A stretch of 26,796 nucleotides of DNA from Chlamydiota bacterium. GTDB taxonomy: Bacteria; Auribacterota; Tritonobacteria; UBA1439. The translations under genes and the position numbers were made by a program. Position 1 is the first letter of the stretch. Every line of letters begins with the position of its first letter. Under the pieces are notes generated by a model, which saw only the letters and a program-made list of their open reading frames with translations, made no database searches and was not told the DNA's origin. The stretch covers positions 1 to 26,796 of the forward strand of contig JBAXOY010000035.1 in the NCBI GenBank assembly GCA_037133055.1. Direction: 5' to 3'. Below, piece after piece: positions 25,882-26,796 of the stretch.

Positions 25882-26741
25882 ATGAGCATTTGGAAAGCAT
25901 TAGGATTTAGCGCTAGTCCATATGACGCTTGTCCGCTTAGGCCAACGCCAGAAGGTGCAGATCTATTTGTTGGTCGCAGTAGAGAGCTTATAGAATTTTG
26001 TACGGTTTTGGAAGCCAGTGTAAATGGGGTGTTCATCATATCTGGTCAACCGGGCGTTGGTAAAACAAGTTTTTTAAATGTTGCTCAGTACCTCATGGAA
26101 AATCATCAGTCGCCATGTGGACCACATTTATTGTGTGCCCGCAGTTTATGTCCTATACAGCCGACAGATGGCCCCAAGGAAGTTGCTCAACGAGCACTGG
26201 CTTCACTTGTCAGATCAGTTGAGGAATATTGCGCCATCAGCACGCAATCGATCCCTCCAGAAACTAAAAAGATATCTAAATGGATTAATGACCGCGGATC
26301 TTCGGACATCAGTCTTGGCATCAATATTCTCAATTTTGGAGCCAACTTCGGGCGGAGCGTAGATTTGCCTCGCATGGTCGACGCTTCATACGAAAGGCTG
26401 ATGGATGTAATAGTTTGTGTAATATCTGAAGTTGTAACATTGCTGGGTTTTAGTGGTGCTTTTATTGTTCTAGATAATATTGAGAATCTAGAGGAGGGAA
26501 GAATTGCCCAGCTAATGATGACATTCAGAGACACGCTATTTGTAACGCCGCATACTTGGTGGGTGGTGATTGGTCAGTCTGGTCTTGGAAGTCTTATTCA
26601 AACACTTGAACCCCGTGTTTTTGAGAGAATTTCAGGTGTTGGTCTAGAACTGAGACCGATAGCACTCGAAGAGCTCCATAACGCAATTGGAAAGCGCGTC
26701 TCCAAGTTTCACAAATCCGGTAGCGGAAAGGCACCGCTTAG
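25882..26741 (+). CDS. P-loop ATPase (AAA/STAND-like), interrupted by IS end; missing from ORF track
   Basis: AAGGAG RBS. Manual translation: MSIWKALGFSASPY...LFVGRSREL...ISGQPGVGKTS (Walker A, ~26041-26070)...AFIVLDNIE (Walker B). No stop before the window end. Confidence 0.85.
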
Positions 26742-26796
26742 TGTCAGCGGTCGGTTAAAACCAGCCACGGAGGAACGGTTCAAAACCAGCCACTTT
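26742..26796 (+). mobile_element. IS21-family-like terminal inverted repeat
   Basis: Begins TGTCAGCGG and has tandem CGGTT(C)AAAACCAGCCAC boxes at 26752 and 26776, the typical IS21 end architecture. Confidence 0.75.

Larger units (their letters stand above)
21701..26796. mobile_element. Low-GC genomic island downstream of tRNA-Met (right end not in window)
   Basis: Abrupt compositional shift, AT-ending codons, only hypothetical genes, IS end. No integrase seen in the window. Confidence 0.7.

Noticed and set aside
21663..26796. Prophage or integrase-bearing element at tRNA-Met
   Set aside because: No integrase, phage genes or duplicated tRNA 3' end seen in the window; only the compositional island is supported.

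Overview
Two-part window. Bases 1 to about 21,700 are a high-GC (by eye ~70%) bacterial chromosome segment. The RpoD sequence looks PVC-superphylum-like; this is inference, not a search result. This part holds a HEAT / HD-GYP / HEAT cluster, two small genes, and a minus-strand run: alr, grpE-dnaJ-rsmE-membrane protein-ankyrin protein, then cvpA-nif3-dnaG-rpoD-malonyl-CoA decarboxylase. It ends with a divergent secreted 6x PEGA / Thr-Pro surface protein, a membrane protein, an OB-fold secreted protein and an initiator tRNA-Met. Right after the tRNA terminator, GC drops sharply (by eye ~40-45%) into an island of four co-oriented hypothetical genes: a proteasome/Ntn-hydrolase-like protein with Gly in place of the N-terminal Thr, a DUF5677-like protein, a GGCT-fold-like protein, and a P-loop ATPase absent from the ORF track and cut by an IS21-like end at the window edge. 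Best leads: (i) this candidate defence/accessory island; (ii) a 6-Cys mini-domain with foreign codon usage between Thr-Pro repeats of the surface protein; (iii) rsmE has no canonical start codon (CTG candidate) and lies next to a nested palindromic repeat; (iv) several mobile-element scars around the tRNA. All family calls come from motif recognition by eye.
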